From the NCBI GenBank assembly GCA_013388635.1, contig JACAEX010000020.1, positions 5,826 to 69,825 of the forward strand: a stretch of 64,000 nt of DNA, read 5' to 3'. The notes beneath the pieces were generated by a model. That model was given only the letters and a program-made list of their open reading frames with translations. It did not search any database and was not told the DNA's origin. A program made the position numbers and the translations under genes. This stretch comes from Syntrophaceae bacterium. GTDB taxonomy: Bacteria; Desulfobacterota; BSN033; UBA1163. Shown one piece after another: positions 10,517-20,765 of this stretch (position 1 is its first letter; each line of letters opens with the position of its first letter).

Positions 10517-11353
10517 ATGGGAAAAAAGGGGGTCGATAAACGATTTGAATTTGGGAAGAACTGGCGGAGATTTCTTTCGATATTGGATGAAGAACGAATC
10601 ATGGAGGCGCAAAAGTCGCTAAAGAGGATGCTGGATGTTGATCATTTGAACGGAAAATCATTTCTGGATATCGGTTGTGGAAGTGGTTTGTTCTCGCTTG
10701 CTGCAAGGCGCTTAGGAGCAAAAGTGCATTCTTTCGATTATGATCCACTTTCTGTGGCCTGCACTGAAGAGCTGAAGAGGCGTTATTTCCCCGACGATCC
10801 AAACTGGAGTGTTGAGCGAGGTGACGTCTTGGATAAAGCGTATCTCGAATCATTGGGGCAATTTGACATCGTTTACGCCTGGGGCGTGCTTCACCATACA
10901 GGGGCGATGTGGCAGGCAATGGAAAATGTGGCGCAGTTGGTCAACCCGGGAGGCAAACTGTTTATATCGATTTACAATGATCAAGGGAATGCAAGCAGTC
11001 GTTGGACAATGCTAAAAAAATTCTATAATCAAGCCCCCAACCCTATAAAAAGTACAATCGTTTTATCTCTTGGATGTCTTTGGGTAATTCGTTCTTCTTT
11101 GATCAAAGTAATTAATTTTCAGAATCCTCTTCCTTTTAAAGAATGGAATGAGAAGAAAAAAAACAGAGGAATGTCTTTTTGGCATGACCTTGTGGATTGG
11201 GTTGGCGGCTATCCCTTTGAAGTGGCCAAGCCTGAGGGTGTGTTTAATTTCTATTACAAAAGAGGATTTGAACTCACAAAACTAAAAACCTGTGGGGGAG
11301 GGCTTGGCTGTAATGAATTTGTTTTTGTACAAAAACCTAAACCACTGAGTTAA
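10517..11353 (+). CDS. Class I SAM-dependent methyltransferase
   Basis: FLDIGCGSGLFSLAARRLGAKVHSFDYD motif I; VYAWGVLHH. Confidence 0.7.
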   Translation: MGKKGVDKRFEFGKNWRRFLSILDEERIMEAQKSLKRMLDVDHLNGKSFLDIGCGSGLFSLAARRLGAKVHSFDYDPLSVACTEELKRRYFPDDPNWSVERGDVLDKAYLESLGQFDIVYAWGVLHHTGAMWQAMENVAQLVNPGGKLFISIYNDQGNASSRWTMLKKFYNQAPNPIKSTIVLSLGCLWVIRSSLIKVINFQNPLPFKEWNEKKKNRGMSFWHDLVDWVGGYPFEVAKPEGVFNFYYKRGFELTKLKTCGGGLGCNEFVFVQKPKPLS

Positions 11354-11361
11354 GTGTAAAA

Positions 11362-12561
11362 ATGAAGGTTTTGATGGTCATTTCACAATTTTACCCGATT
11401 ATTGGCGGAGCTGAGAAGCAATCTTTACTCTTGGCACAGAAATTGGTCGAAAAGGGTATGGGTGTTCAAATAGTGACAGGTTGGTGGAAATGGGGGACTC
11501 CGCAAAGAGAAATTATTAATGGTATACCAGTAATTAGAAATTTTACATTCTGGGGTATGTTTGGCATAAAAGGCCTCCGTACCCTGGGGGCACTTATTTA
11601 TATGGGGAGTCTTGGGGTCTATCTTCTCCTAAATGGGCGAACCTACGATCTTATCCACGTGCATCAAGTTTTATTTCCTGCTTTTGTTTCTGTTTTTATA
11701 GGAAAAAAGTTCCTCAGGAAAAATGTTATAGTGAAAAATTCAGTTTCCGGCCTAATAAGCGACATAAAACAGTTAAAAAAGTTTCCTCTCGGTAGCTTAC
11801 AGTTGAAATATCTAATTAAGAAAATAGATTGTATAGTAACCGTAAGTGCTGATGCAGAGAATGAATTTAAAAGCATCGGTTATCCTGAATCGAGAATAAT
11901 GTATATTCCTAACGGTGTCTCGGTCCCGTTGAAAGGAAAAAATAATTATGACAGAGTCGTTCAAGTCCTCACTGTAGGCAGGTTGGATAACCAAAAAGGG
12001 ATTGATGTTTTGCTTAAAGCTTGGGCAAGCGTTGTGGATGTTGAGAAGGGCCTGAAGCTTCTTGTGTTGGGCAGTGGGCCTCAGAAAGCAGAGCTTAAAA
12101 AGCTTACCGCATCTTTAGGTGTTAGCCATTCAGTAGAATTTAAGGGTTTGGTTCATAATACTGAGGATTACTTTAGTAGTGCTGATATTTTCGTTCTCCC
12201 TTCAAGGGCGGAAGGTTTATCAAATGCACTTCTGGAAGCAATGAGCTATGGAACACCTTGTGTTGCTACAAAAGTTGGGGGAACTACTGAAGTTTTTGGT
12301 TTGAATCCTGAGACTAATATTAAAAGAGGAGGATATGCGGTCGCTAGGAATGGGGTGGCCGTTAATCCAGATGATGTCAAAGGTCTTTCAGAAGGAATTC
12401 TTTATCTAGTTGGGAATAAAGGCGCAAGAGAAGAGATCGGAAAAAGAGCCCGCATATTTATAAAGGAAAATTATTCAATAGATTTGATAGCTGAAAAATA
12501 TATTGAGCTCTATCAAAATATACTGAAGTCGAAACCTTTTTGGATTATGAAACGCCATTGA
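11362..12561 (+). CDS. Glycosyltransferase family 4 (tandem paralog 1)
   Basis: VGRLDNQKGIDVLL, VLPSRAEGLSNALLEAMSYGTPCVATKVGG; about 60 percent identical to next gene. Confidence 0.75.
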   Translation: MKVLMVISQFYPIIGGAEKQSLLLAQKLVEKGMGVQIVTGWWKWGTPQREIINGIPVIRNFTFWGMFGIKGLRTLGALIYMGSLGVYLLLNGRTYDLIHVHQVLFPAFVSVFIGKKFLRKNVIVKNSVSGLISDIKQLKKFPLGSLQLKYLIKKIDCIVTVSADAENEFKSIGYPESRIMYIPNGVSVPLKGKNNYDRVVQVLTVGRLDNQKGIDVLLKAWASVVDVEKGLKLLVLGSGPQKAELKKLTASLGVSHSVEFKGLVHNTEDYFSSADIFVLPSRAEGLSNALLEAMSYGTPCVATKVGGTTEVFGLNPETNIKRGGYAVARNGVAVNPDDVKGLSEGILYLVGNKGAREEIGKRARIFIKENYSIDLIAEKYIELYQNILKSKPFWIMKRH

Positions 12562-12610
12562 GGTGTAGGTTTCGCTCTATTTATATTTGTGGTTAAAGTT
12601 CTCCTTAGAA

Positions 12611-13795
12611 ATGAAAGTTCTCATGGTTATATCACAATTTTATCCAATGATTGGAGGGGTGGAGAAGCAAGCTCAACTTCTCGCAGAAAAATTCATTGAG
12701 AAAGGCCTCGAAGTCCAAATAGTGACAGGTTGGTGGAAATGGAAAACCACAAGAAAAGAAATTGTTAACGGAGTTCCTGTTTTTAGGAATTTTTCATTTT
12801 GGGGTGCGGAGGGAAAGAAGGTTCATCGAACTATTGGTTTAATCGGAGGCTTAGTTTACACGATCAGTCTCAGCGTTTACATTTTTATTCATAGACGAGA
12901 GTTTGACATCCTCCAAGTCCATCAAGCCCTGTATCCTGCTTTTATTTCGGTTCTTGTTGGAAAGAGACTTCTAAAGAAACCGGTCTTGGTTAAGACTGCA
13001 AGCTCTGGGTTAACAAGTGACATAAAACGGCTGAGAAAATACCCGGTCGGTGGTTTTCAACTTAGATACTTACTTAAGAACCAGGATGGATTGGTCGCAA
13101 ACAGTCGGGCAGGAGCAGAGGAGTTTAAAGAGATCGGATATCCGGAATCGCAGATCGCATATATCCCAAATGGGATTAAAATTCCCCACAAAGGTAAGAA
13201 TGCTTATGAAGGGATAGAAAAGGTTCTGACGATCGCACGATTCAGTTACGAAAAGGGAGTCGATGTCTTGCTCAAAGCATGGGCTCAGGTGATTCAAGAA
13301 GAGAAAAGGCTGAGGCTCTTAATCGTTGGAAGTGGTTCTCAGGAAAGTGAGCTCAAAAGCCTTTCGCACTCCTTGGGGATCGATGAATGCGTTGATTTCG
13401 TCGGTCTGGTTCCAGATGCATCACCGTATATAGAGCGGGCCGACCTCTTTGTATTACCCTCCAGGTCTGAAGGGATGTCCAATGCTTTACTGGAAGCCAT
13501 GAGTTACGGATTACCATGTGTTGCAACCCGAGTTGGCGGAAACCGTGAGTTACTTGGAGGAGAGCATGAAGAGATCTTAAGAGGTGATTATGCAACTGGT
13601 GAGAACGGCATTCTTGTCAATCCGGACGATCCGAAAGGGCTCTGCGGGGCCATTCTATATTTCGTGCGGAACCAAAGCCTCAGAGAAAGGATGGGAGTGA
13701 AGGGGAGGGAATTTGTTATGAAGAATTACTCTATTGACCAGGTGGCCGAAAGATATATTGCGCTATATCGATCTATCCTGGAGAAAAGATCGTGA
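12611..13795 (+). CDS. Glycosyltransferase family 4 (tandem paralog 2)
   Basis: Same N-terminus MKVLMVISQFYPMIGGVEKQ as previous gene; start moved to ATG 12611. Confidence 0.75.
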   Translation: MKVLMVISQFYPMIGGVEKQAQLLAEKFIEKGLEVQIVTGWWKWKTTRKEIVNGVPVFRNFSFWGAEGKKVHRTIGLIGGLVYTISLSVYIFIHRREFDILQVHQALYPAFISVLVGKRLLKKPVLVKTASSGLTSDIKRLRKYPVGGFQLRYLLKNQDGLVANSRAGAEEFKEIGYPESQIAYIPNGIKIPHKGKNAYEGIEKVLTIARFSYEKGVDVLLKAWAQVIQEEKRLRLLIVGSGSQESELKSLSHSLGIDECVDFVGLVPDASPYIERADLFVLPSRSEGMSNALLEAMSYGLPCVATRVGGNRELLGGEHEEILRGDYATGENGILVNPDDPKGLCGAILYFVRNQSLRERMGVKGREFVMKNYSIDQVAERYIALYRSILEKRS

Positions 13796-13796
13796 G

Positions 13797-15779
13797 ATGT
13801 GCGGGATTTGTGGGGCGATAGATCTTAGAAGAAAGGGAGTAAGGGCACAGGTCATAGATCGGATGTGTGAGGTACTGGCGCATCGAGGCCCGGATGATGA
13901 GGGGATGGTCTTTTTTCGGGATGGAAAGGCTTTGGAAGTGAAAGAATCCACTCTAATAGTTTTAGCCCAAGGTGGTTTTGAGGTAGGGTTGGGCCATCGA
14001 CGCCTCGCTATCATCGATCTCTCAGAGGCGGCCCATCAACCGATGGCCAATGAGGATGGCCAGATCTGGATCGTCTATAATGGGGAAATCTATAATTTTC
14101 AGGACCTTAGAACCTCATTAGAAAAAAAGGGGCACATCTTCAAATCGAGATCGGACACGGAAGTAATCCTCCATGCCTATGAGGAGTGGGGAGTAGAATG
14201 TCTCAAAGAATTGAGGGGTATGTTTGCCTTTGCCATCTGGGATTCCAACCGAAAGCGGTTGCTCATGGCTCGCGACCGATTGGGGAAGAAGCCTTTGGTC
14301 TATTTTTACCAGGATGGTCGATTTGCCTTCGCTTCGGAGATAAAGGCGCTTCTTCAGATCTCGTGGGTCGAAAGAAAGGTGAATCCACTGGCCATCCACC
14401 ATTATTTAACTTACCAGTATGTCCCATCTCCAGAAAGCATATTCGAAGGAATAAAGAAACTTCCTCCTGCCCATTATCTTCTTTACGATTCCAATGGCAA
14501 CCTTAAGATAGAGAGTTATTGGAGGCTAAATTACAATTACCAGGAAAAAAGAAAGGACGATGTTGAAACGCTCTGTGGGATTATACGGGAAAAGCTTGAG
14601 GAATCGGTGAAGCTCCGACTCATCAGTGATGTACCCCTGGGTGCTTTTCTGAGCGGAGGGATCGATTCGAGCATTGTCGTTGGACTCATGGCCGAAAATG
14701 GAGGACGGCGTGTTAAAACCTTCTCGATTGGTTTTGAGGAGCAGGAATTTAACGAACTCGAATATGCAAGAATCGTCTCTATCCATTTCGGAACTGACCA
14801 TCATGAATTTGTGGTGAAGCCAGATGCAATCGAGATCTTACCCAAGCTGGTCTGGTACTACAATGAACCCTTTGGGGATTCATCAGCCATCCCCACGTAT
14901 TATATGGCTCAGATGACTAAGGATTTCGTAAAGGTTGTTTTGACAGGGGATGCTGGCGATGAGAATTTTGCAGGCTACCCCCGGTATCTTCGGAGCAAAT
15001 ATGTTTGGTGGTTCAGCAGGCTTCCCGATAGCTTACGAAAAGGGTTTTTGCCTTCCTCTCTGAAAATTCTTGCCCAGTTGCCTTATAAACGAAAGACTTT
15101 AAACCGCCTGACTGATTTCATGGAAACGTTGTCGTCTCACCAGGGGCGAAATTATGCCGAGCAGATAAAGATTTTCAACGAAAAGGAGAGAGACGACGTT
15201 TATTCAGAAGAGTTTTCACGACAGGTTGGGAAAATCGACCCCTTTGACTATCTGATCAAGAAATATGACGAAAGGGATACTGATGACCTGTTAGAAAAAC
15301 TCCTTTATCTTGATATGACAACTTATCTTCCCGAGGACCTTCTCGTCAAGGTGGATATTGCGACCATGGCGAATTCCCTGGAGGCGAGGGTCCCCTTTCT
15401 TGACCATCAATTCATGGAGCTGGTTGCCGGAATACCTTCGCATCTGAAGCTGAAAGGGTCCGTTACCAAGTTCATCCTAAAGGAGAGTTTTTCCAACTTC
15501 CTTCCTCGTTCAATTTTGAAGAGAAAGAAGATGGGATTCGGCGTTCCAATCTCAAGATGGTTCAGAAAGGAGTTAAAAGACTACGTGTATCAAATTCTAA
15601 TGGAAAAAAAGGCGTTGAACCGGGGGTACTTTAAAAGAGAGGGCATTGCACGCCTGCTCGAAGAACACGAATCGCTCCGCTACGATCACTCGGCAAAGAT
15701 CTGGGCCCTGCTCGTATTGGAAATATGGTTCAGGGTCTTTATCGATAGGGAAGGAGATTTTGCCCTTTATGGCGGATGA
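13797..15779 (+). CDS. asnB: Asparagine synthetase family (glutamine-hydrolysing) amidotransferase, AsnB/WbpS-like
   Basis: N-terminal MCGICG nucleophile, PP-loop SGGIDSS; start placed at ATG 13797. Confidence 0.8.
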   Translation: MCGICGAIDLRRKGVRAQVIDRMCEVLAHRGPDDEGMVFFRDGKALEVKESTLIVLAQGGFEVGLGHRRLAIIDLSEAAHQPMANEDGQIWIVYNGEIYNFQDLRTSLEKKGHIFKSRSDTEVILHAYEEWGVECLKELRGMFAFAIWDSNRKRLLMARDRLGKKPLVYFYQDGRFAFASEIKALLQISWVERKVNPLAIHHYLTYQYVPSPESIFEGIKKLPPAHYLLYDSNGNLKIESYWRLNYNYQEKRKDDVETLCGIIREKLEESVKLRLISDVPLGAFLSGGIDSSIVVGLMAENGGRRVKTFSIGFEEQEFNELEYARIVSIHFGTDHHEFVVKPDAIEILPKLVWYYNEPFGDSSAIPTYYMAQMTKDFVKVVLTGDAGDENFAGYPRYLRSKYVWWFSRLPDSLRKGFLPSSLKILAQLPYKRKTLNRLTDFMETLSSHQGRNYAEQIKIFNEKERDDVYSEEFSRQVGKIDPFDYLIKKYDERDTDDLLEKLLYLDMTTYLPEDLLVKVDIATMANSLEARVPFLDHQFMELVAGIPSHLKLKGSVTKFILKESFSNFLPRSILKRKKMGFGVPISRWFRKELKDYVYQILMEKKALNRGYFKREGIARLLEEHESLRYDHSAKIWALLVLEIWFRVFIDREGDFALYGG

Positions 15780-17670
15780 AGGAAAAGGATCGGCCCGCCC
15801 CATCAATTTTGAATTCCAGATCAGGAGACGATTTCCCAGGGCCCTGACCGCCTGCCTTGTCCTCGCACTCGTTGTGAGCCTCCTCTATTTCAATTCCCTC
15901 GGAAACCAATTTACGAACTGGGATGACTCGATGATTTATGAGAATCCCCAGATCAGAAGTTTAAGCTGGGAGAACATATCGAAGATATTCAAATTCGATA
16001 AAGGGGGAACCTACCAACCCGTCCGGGTGTTGAGCTATGCAGTCGATTATCAGTTCTGGAAGCTTAACCCAACCGGTTACCACATCACGAACACCCTCCT
16101 TTATATGCTCACGTGCGTCATAATTTTTTTTACGATTTCACATCTTTCAGCCAGTCTTAGAGATCAAGCCCCACCCGAATCCCATGAAAGAGTTGGGCTC
16201 TTTGGATCCCTTCTCTTTGCAGTCCACCCGGTGCACGTGGAGGCAGTTACCTGGCTTGCTGCGCGAAAGGAGGTCTTACAGGGTTTCTTTTTCTTTCTTG
16301 CCTTTCATCTTTACTTGAAAGGGAGGAAGGAGGAAGGAGGAAAGAGATTTCTCTATCTTGGGCTGACCCTTTTTGTCTTTCTCCTTGCCACGCTTTCAAA
16401 ACCCTCTGCCATCGTATTTCCTGCAGTGATTCTTGTCTATGAGATCTCTGTCAGTAGAAAAAGATGGCTCGACTTCATAAAGAGGCACTGGGTCTTTATC
16501 GGCGTTTGCATCGGGCTTTCAATCTTTTTCAGTTTGGTCGTGTTGAAGGTGATGTTCGAAGCGGGCGGGATCAAACCCTATCGCGGAGGTACCTTTTTTA
16601 ATAACCTGGTGATCAGTTTTTATGCTTTTCTTTATAATATCAAGCTATTACTCTTTACAATAAACTATTCAGCGGCCTACACCATCCCTGTCACCAATCC
16701 CATTCTAAGCCTCCGGACCTTCGTCTTCATCGGGATTACGCTTATTATCTTTGGATTGAGCCTCTGGTCACTGAGGCGCATGAAAGTTATCTTCTTTTGC
16801 TTCTTTTTCTTTCTTATAACAATCTTCCCATACCTCAATCTCATTCCCATTAGCACGCTCCTCGCGGACCGGTACGTTTTTATTGCCTCTTTTTCGTACT
16901 GCTTTCTGTTAGGAATTGGCTTTGACAGATTTTATGGCTTGAGGAGTAAGAGATTTTCGGAGAACTTCTTCAAGCTTCTCTCCGTCGCCCTTTTTCTCTT
17001 TATGCTGGCCGGGTACTCTTTTATGACGATCCGGCAGAACAGAATCTGGGAAAATAGTTATACCCTCTGGGCAGATGCTGTGGCAAAGGCTCCGGAAAGC
17101 AACAGTGCCAATGCACTCATGGGCGTGGTCTGTATGGAATTGGGAATGGATAATGAGGCAGCCAAATACCTTGAGAAGGCTGTCCAGATCCTTCCCTATG
17201 ATTACCTGTCAAGAAATAATCTTGGAATTGTCTACGGCAGGCTGGGCGAACGTGATAAGGCAATAAAGGAGTTCATGACAGCGATCTGGCTGAAACCGGA
17301 GGATAATACGATCAAGGTTAACCTCTCAGCCTTCTACCAGAGCCAGAAGGAGTATCAGAAGGCAGAGGAGGTCTTAAAGGATCTCCTGTCCAGAGATGCT
17401 AAGAATGCCTACCTTCACTATCGATTGGGCCTGCTCTACAAAGAGATGGGCCAGTATGATTCGGCCCTTTTAGAATTGACGAAATCCATGGAGCTGGCTC
17501 CCCACATCATCAACCCTTATGAAGAGCTCGGCAATATCTACGCGAGCCGACTGAGAGATGCGGAGAAAGCGAGATCATACTACACCAAGGGAATTGAAGC
17601 AGTCCCTGAGGCCAGGTCAAGAGTGGAACAGTTGAGATGGATGGTTCAGGACCTGGAAGCATACAGATAG
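15769..17670 (+). CDS. Multi-TM PMT/TMTC/ArnT-like membrane glycosyltransferase fused to C-terminal TPR repeats
   Basis: About 11 hydrophobic segments followed by TPR-like repeats (AKYLEKAVQILPYD..., YLHYRLGLLYKEMGQYDSA); ATG 15769 overlaps asnB stop. Confidence 0.6.
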   Translation: MADEGKGSARPINFEFQIRRRFPRALTACLVLALVVSLLYFNSLGNQFTNWDDSMIYENPQIRSLSWENISKIFKFDKGGTYQPVRVLSYAVDYQFWKLNPTGYHITNTLLYMLTCVIIFFTISHLSASLRDQAPPESHERVGLFGSLLFAVHPVHVEAVTWLAARKEVLQGFFFFLAFHLYLKGRKEEGGKRFLYLGLTLFVFLLATLSKPSAIVFPAVILVYEISVSRKRWLDFIKRHWVFIGVCIGLSIFFSLVVLKVMFEAGGIKPYRGGTFFNNLVISFYAFLYNIKLLLFTINYSAAYTIPVTNPILSLRTFVFIGITLIIFGLSLWSLRRMKVIFFCFFFFLITIFPYLNLIPISTLLADRYVFIASFSYCFLLGIGFDRFYGLRSKRFSENFFKLLSVALFLFMLAGYSFMTIRQNRIWENSYTLWADAVAKAPESNSANALMGVVCMELGMDNEAAKYLEKAVQILPYDYLSRNNLGIVYGRLGERDKAIKEFMTAIWLKPEDNTIKVNLSAFYQSQKEYQKAEEVLKDLLSRDAKNAYLHYRLGLLYKEMGQYDSALLELTKSMELAPHIINPYEELGNIYASRLRDAEKARSYYTKGIEAVPEARSRVEQLRWMVQDLEAYR

Positions 17671-17994
17671 AAAGCGTCTGTCGGTTGATGATTGAGGTAA
17701 TGAGGCCCGTATCGTTAGTCAAAGGTTACGTTTATCGTCTTTTAATGCTGGATCGACATATGAGACGTTACCCTTACCGATCTGCGAAACAGGCCTCTTA
17801 ACCGTAACCCAAATTATGTTAGGAGTGCCATAAATAAAAAGTCATTGGTTTAAAGGTTAGGGTAACGATGCCGGTTTCGTGGAAGGGTTATGTGGTTGGT
17901 CTTTAAATCTTTTAGCCGTTACCCTTTGACTCTTTACCAAACTGGCTTCCTAACCCTAACCCAAAGACCATTTTCTTAAAACGAGTTATCGCCT

Positions 17995-18753
17995 ATGCTG
18001 ACTATTGCTTCGATCATTTTTGGGGCTATTGTTGGAAGTTTCTTGAATGTCTGCATCTGGAGGCTTCCTAAGGGAGAGTCCATCGTCAGCCCGGGTTCCC
18101 ATTGTCCCCACTGCAGTCATCCGATCAGATTTTACGACAATATCCCCTTGATCAGTTACCTCCTATTGGGTGGAAGATGTCGTCACTGTAAAGGATCGAT
18201 CTCTGCCCAATACCCTCTGGTCGAAGGGGTGACAGCGCTTAGCTCCCTTCTGCTCTTCTTAAAGCACGGTTTCTCGTTCAGTTATCTCTACTATTTTGCC
18301 TTCCTAACAGGCCTGATCACAGTCACGGTGATCGATCTTTACCATCAGATCATCCCTGACGTGATCAGCATTCCTGGAATCGTCATTGGATTGTTAGGCG
18401 CATTGATCATTCCCCATATCACTTTTCTCCGTTCCCTCTTGGGAGTCCTCCTGGGTGGTGGAAGCCTTTTTCTGGTTGCTACGGCCTATCAGTGGCTCTT
18501 TAAGAGAGAAGGGATGGGTGGTGGAGATGTGAAACTCCTGGCCATGATCGGCGCCTTTTTAGGATGGGATGCAGTGATCCTGACGATCCTCCTAAGCTCT
18601 CTCATCGGGTCGATCACGGGAATCTTGGTTATTATCCTGAAGGGAAAGGATTTCAAATATGCCATCCCCTTTGGCCCGTTTCTTTCACTCGGTGCGGCGA
18701 TCTCACTCTATTCCGGGGAAGACATAGTCAGATGGTATCTTGGTGTAAGATAA
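17995..18753 (+). CDS. pilD: Prepilin peptidase / N-methyltransferase (A24 family) PilD
   Basis: Zn-binding CPHC...CRHC tetracysteine, catalytic-Asp-containing TM core (GGGDVKLLAMIGAFLGW). Confidence 0.85.
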   Translation: MLTIASIIFGAIVGSFLNVCIWRLPKGESIVSPGSHCPHCSHPIRFYDNIPLISYLLLGGRCRHCKGSISAQYPLVEGVTALSSLLLFLKHGFSFSYLYYFAFLTGLITVTVIDLYHQIIPDVISIPGIVIGLLGALIIPHITFLRSLLGVLLGGGSLFLVATAYQWLFKREGMGGGDVKLLAMIGAFLGWDAVILTILLSSLIGSITGILVIILKGKDFKYAIPFGPFLSLGAAISLYSGEDIVRWYLGVR

Positions 18754-18949
18754 GAAATATTCTCAGCAAAGAGACTCAGAGGAGGAAGTGAACTGCAATA
18801 TTGGAATAGTGGAATGATGGAACAATGGGAAAACAAATCTCCGGGGGAAGATGAAGTAGATTGATTGATCGCTGTGAAGTTGTAGTTTTAGATGATGTGT
18901 TTTTAATCCTATATTCCATTATTCCAACATTCCGGTCATAAGGTGTCAG

Positions 18950-20680
18950 ATGAAGAACAGTTGGTTATTTAAAAAACTGCATTTAAGCCTCAGGGTGGAA
19001 GTTATTATCAATATTTCTCTGCTCATGCTGGCTGCGATCCTCCTGATCGGCTTTGTGATTTCCAAGATCAACGAGAACAATATGATCGAGGAGAGGACAA
19101 GAAATGGAGAAGGGGTGGTTCAGGACTTTCAAGCGATCATCGACTACATGGTCAGGGATAAGAAGGAGATTTCATTGAACCACCCGTCTGTGAAGAAAGA
19201 GGTCCAGGATTTTGCCCGAATTTATACAAAGGCAAGAAGGTTTCACGATCTCATAATCACGGATCGAGAGATGAGGGTGGTTGCAAGCAAAAAGGGGGAT
19301 GGGGTTGATCAACAATACTTCGATGATCTTCTTAAAAAATCGATTCAGTCAGGGGAGTTGAATACCAAAATCGAAAAAACAGGAGGGCTCTTATCCACCC
19401 ATTATAAGAAATTGATCCTCTCTGCTCCGTTATGGGTTCACGAAAAGATCGAAGGCGGCATTTTAGTTAAGATCTCTTTGACAGATGTAGCCATGCATCT
19501 GCTCACCTGGCAGAAAACGATTCTGATTTCATTGATTTTGGATGCGATTGTCCTGATCGCCTTCGGAAGCTTCCTCCTCTCTCGCATCCTGGTCAAGCCC
19601 ATGAAAGATCTCGTCCGATTGACACAGAAGATCAGTGAGGGCGATTTCAGTCAGACCATAGAGGTTACGTCGAAGAATGAGATCGGACAGCTGATCTCCT
19701 CCTTCAACCGCATGATCGAGAGATTGAGAGAGAAGCAGGAGAGCATCGAAAGTTATTTGAAATCCCTCGAGCTGGCCAACAAGAAGCTGAAGGAAGCCCA
19801 GGAAGAGCTGATCCGCACTGAAAAGCTGGCTTCCATCGGAAGGTTTGCAGCAGGGGTGGCTCACGAAGTCGGAAATCCGCTCGGAGCGATTCTCGGATAC
19901 ACCAGCATCTTAGAAAAGGAAGGCGTCAAACCTGAAGAGGCGAAAGACTACTTAAGACGAATCGAAAAGGAGATCGAGCGGATCAACCGGATTGTTCGAG
20001 AGCTTCTGGATTTCTCAAGACCCTCGAAGTCTGAGATCCAGGAGATCGAAGTCAATAAGGTGATCGAAAATACACTTTCATTACTCTCATACCAGAAAAA
20101 TTTCAAAAATATCAAGACTGATTTAGACCTTCAGACCGATCTACCCCGGATCAAAGGGGATGAATCTCAACTCTCCCAGGTCTTCATCAACATCATTTTG
20201 AATGCTGTGGATGCAATGCCGGAGGGTGGGGCGCTAAGAATCAGGACCGAGGACATCGTCGTCGAAGATCTGCTCGAAGAGGAGCTCCAGCAGTTTTACC
20301 CCAGAAGGCGTAAAGACGATCCACTCGACTCCGACTATTCCCGGCTGAGAAAGCCCGACCCTCTTTCCGCTATCCTTTCAAAATTTTCAAAGGGTGAACG
20401 ACTGGTCAAGATAAGAATTTCTGACACGGGGACAGGGATCCCCCAGGAAAATCTGGAGAGGATTTTTGATCCCTTCTTTACCACCAAAGATCCTGACAAG
20501 GGCACGGGCCTTGGCCTGTCGATCTGCCTGAGGATTGTCGAATCGATGGGCGGAAGAATAAGGGTTGAAAGCGAGGTCGGAAAAGGCTCGACGTTCGAGA
20601 TTTATCTGCCCACATTTGATGCGGGAAGTAGCCTAACAGTTAAGGTGACGACGCCCGTTTCGTCAGGCGTCAACCGGTAA
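18950..20680 (+). CDS. Membrane sensor histidine kinase (2TM, HAMP, HisKA, HATPase), PilS-like
   Basis: HAMP after TM2, H-box [13 protein letters not shown]-boxes DTGTGI/GTGLGLS. Confidence 0.75.
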   Translation: MKNSWLFKKLHLSLRVEVIINISLLMLAAILLIGFVISKINENNMIEERTRNGEGVVQDFQAIIDYMVRDKKEISLNHPSVKKEVQDFARIYTKARRFHDLIITDREMRVVASKKGDGVDQQYFDDLLKKSIQSGELNTKIEKTGGLLSTHYKKLILSAPLWVHEKIEGGILVKISLTDVAMHLLTWQKTILISLILDAIVLIAFGSFLLSRILVKPMKDLVRLTQKISEGDFSQTIEVTSKNEIGQLISSFNRMIERLREKQESIESYLKSLELANKKLKEAQEELIRTEKLASIGRFAAGVAHEVGNPLGAILGYTSILEKEGVKPEEAKDYLRRIEKEIERINRIVRELLDFSRPSKSEIQEIEVNKVIENTLSLLSYQKNFKNIKTDLDLQTDLPRIKGDESQLSQVFINIILNAVDAMPEGGALRIRTEDIVVEDLLEEELQQFYPRRRKDDPLDSDYSRLRKPDPLSAILSKFSKGERLVKIRISDTGTGIPQENLERIFDPFFTTKDPDKGTGLGLSICLRIVESMGGRIRVESEVGKGSTFEIYLPTFDAGSSLTVKVTTPVSSGVNR

Positions 20681-20765
20681 CGTAAAAAGAGTCAAAAAAG
20701 ACAGACGTAGCCTTTTATTAACGATACGGGCCTCGTAACCGTAACCTAAGACCGAGGAGGGTAAA

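Noticed and set aside
17671-17994. Possible tRNA or small RNA gene in the 324-bp gap before pilD
   Set aside because: No cloverleaf-compatible segments or conserved tRNA boxes (GTTC-A-NNC) were found. It is better explained as a repeat/regulatory region, though RNA-seq could revisit this.
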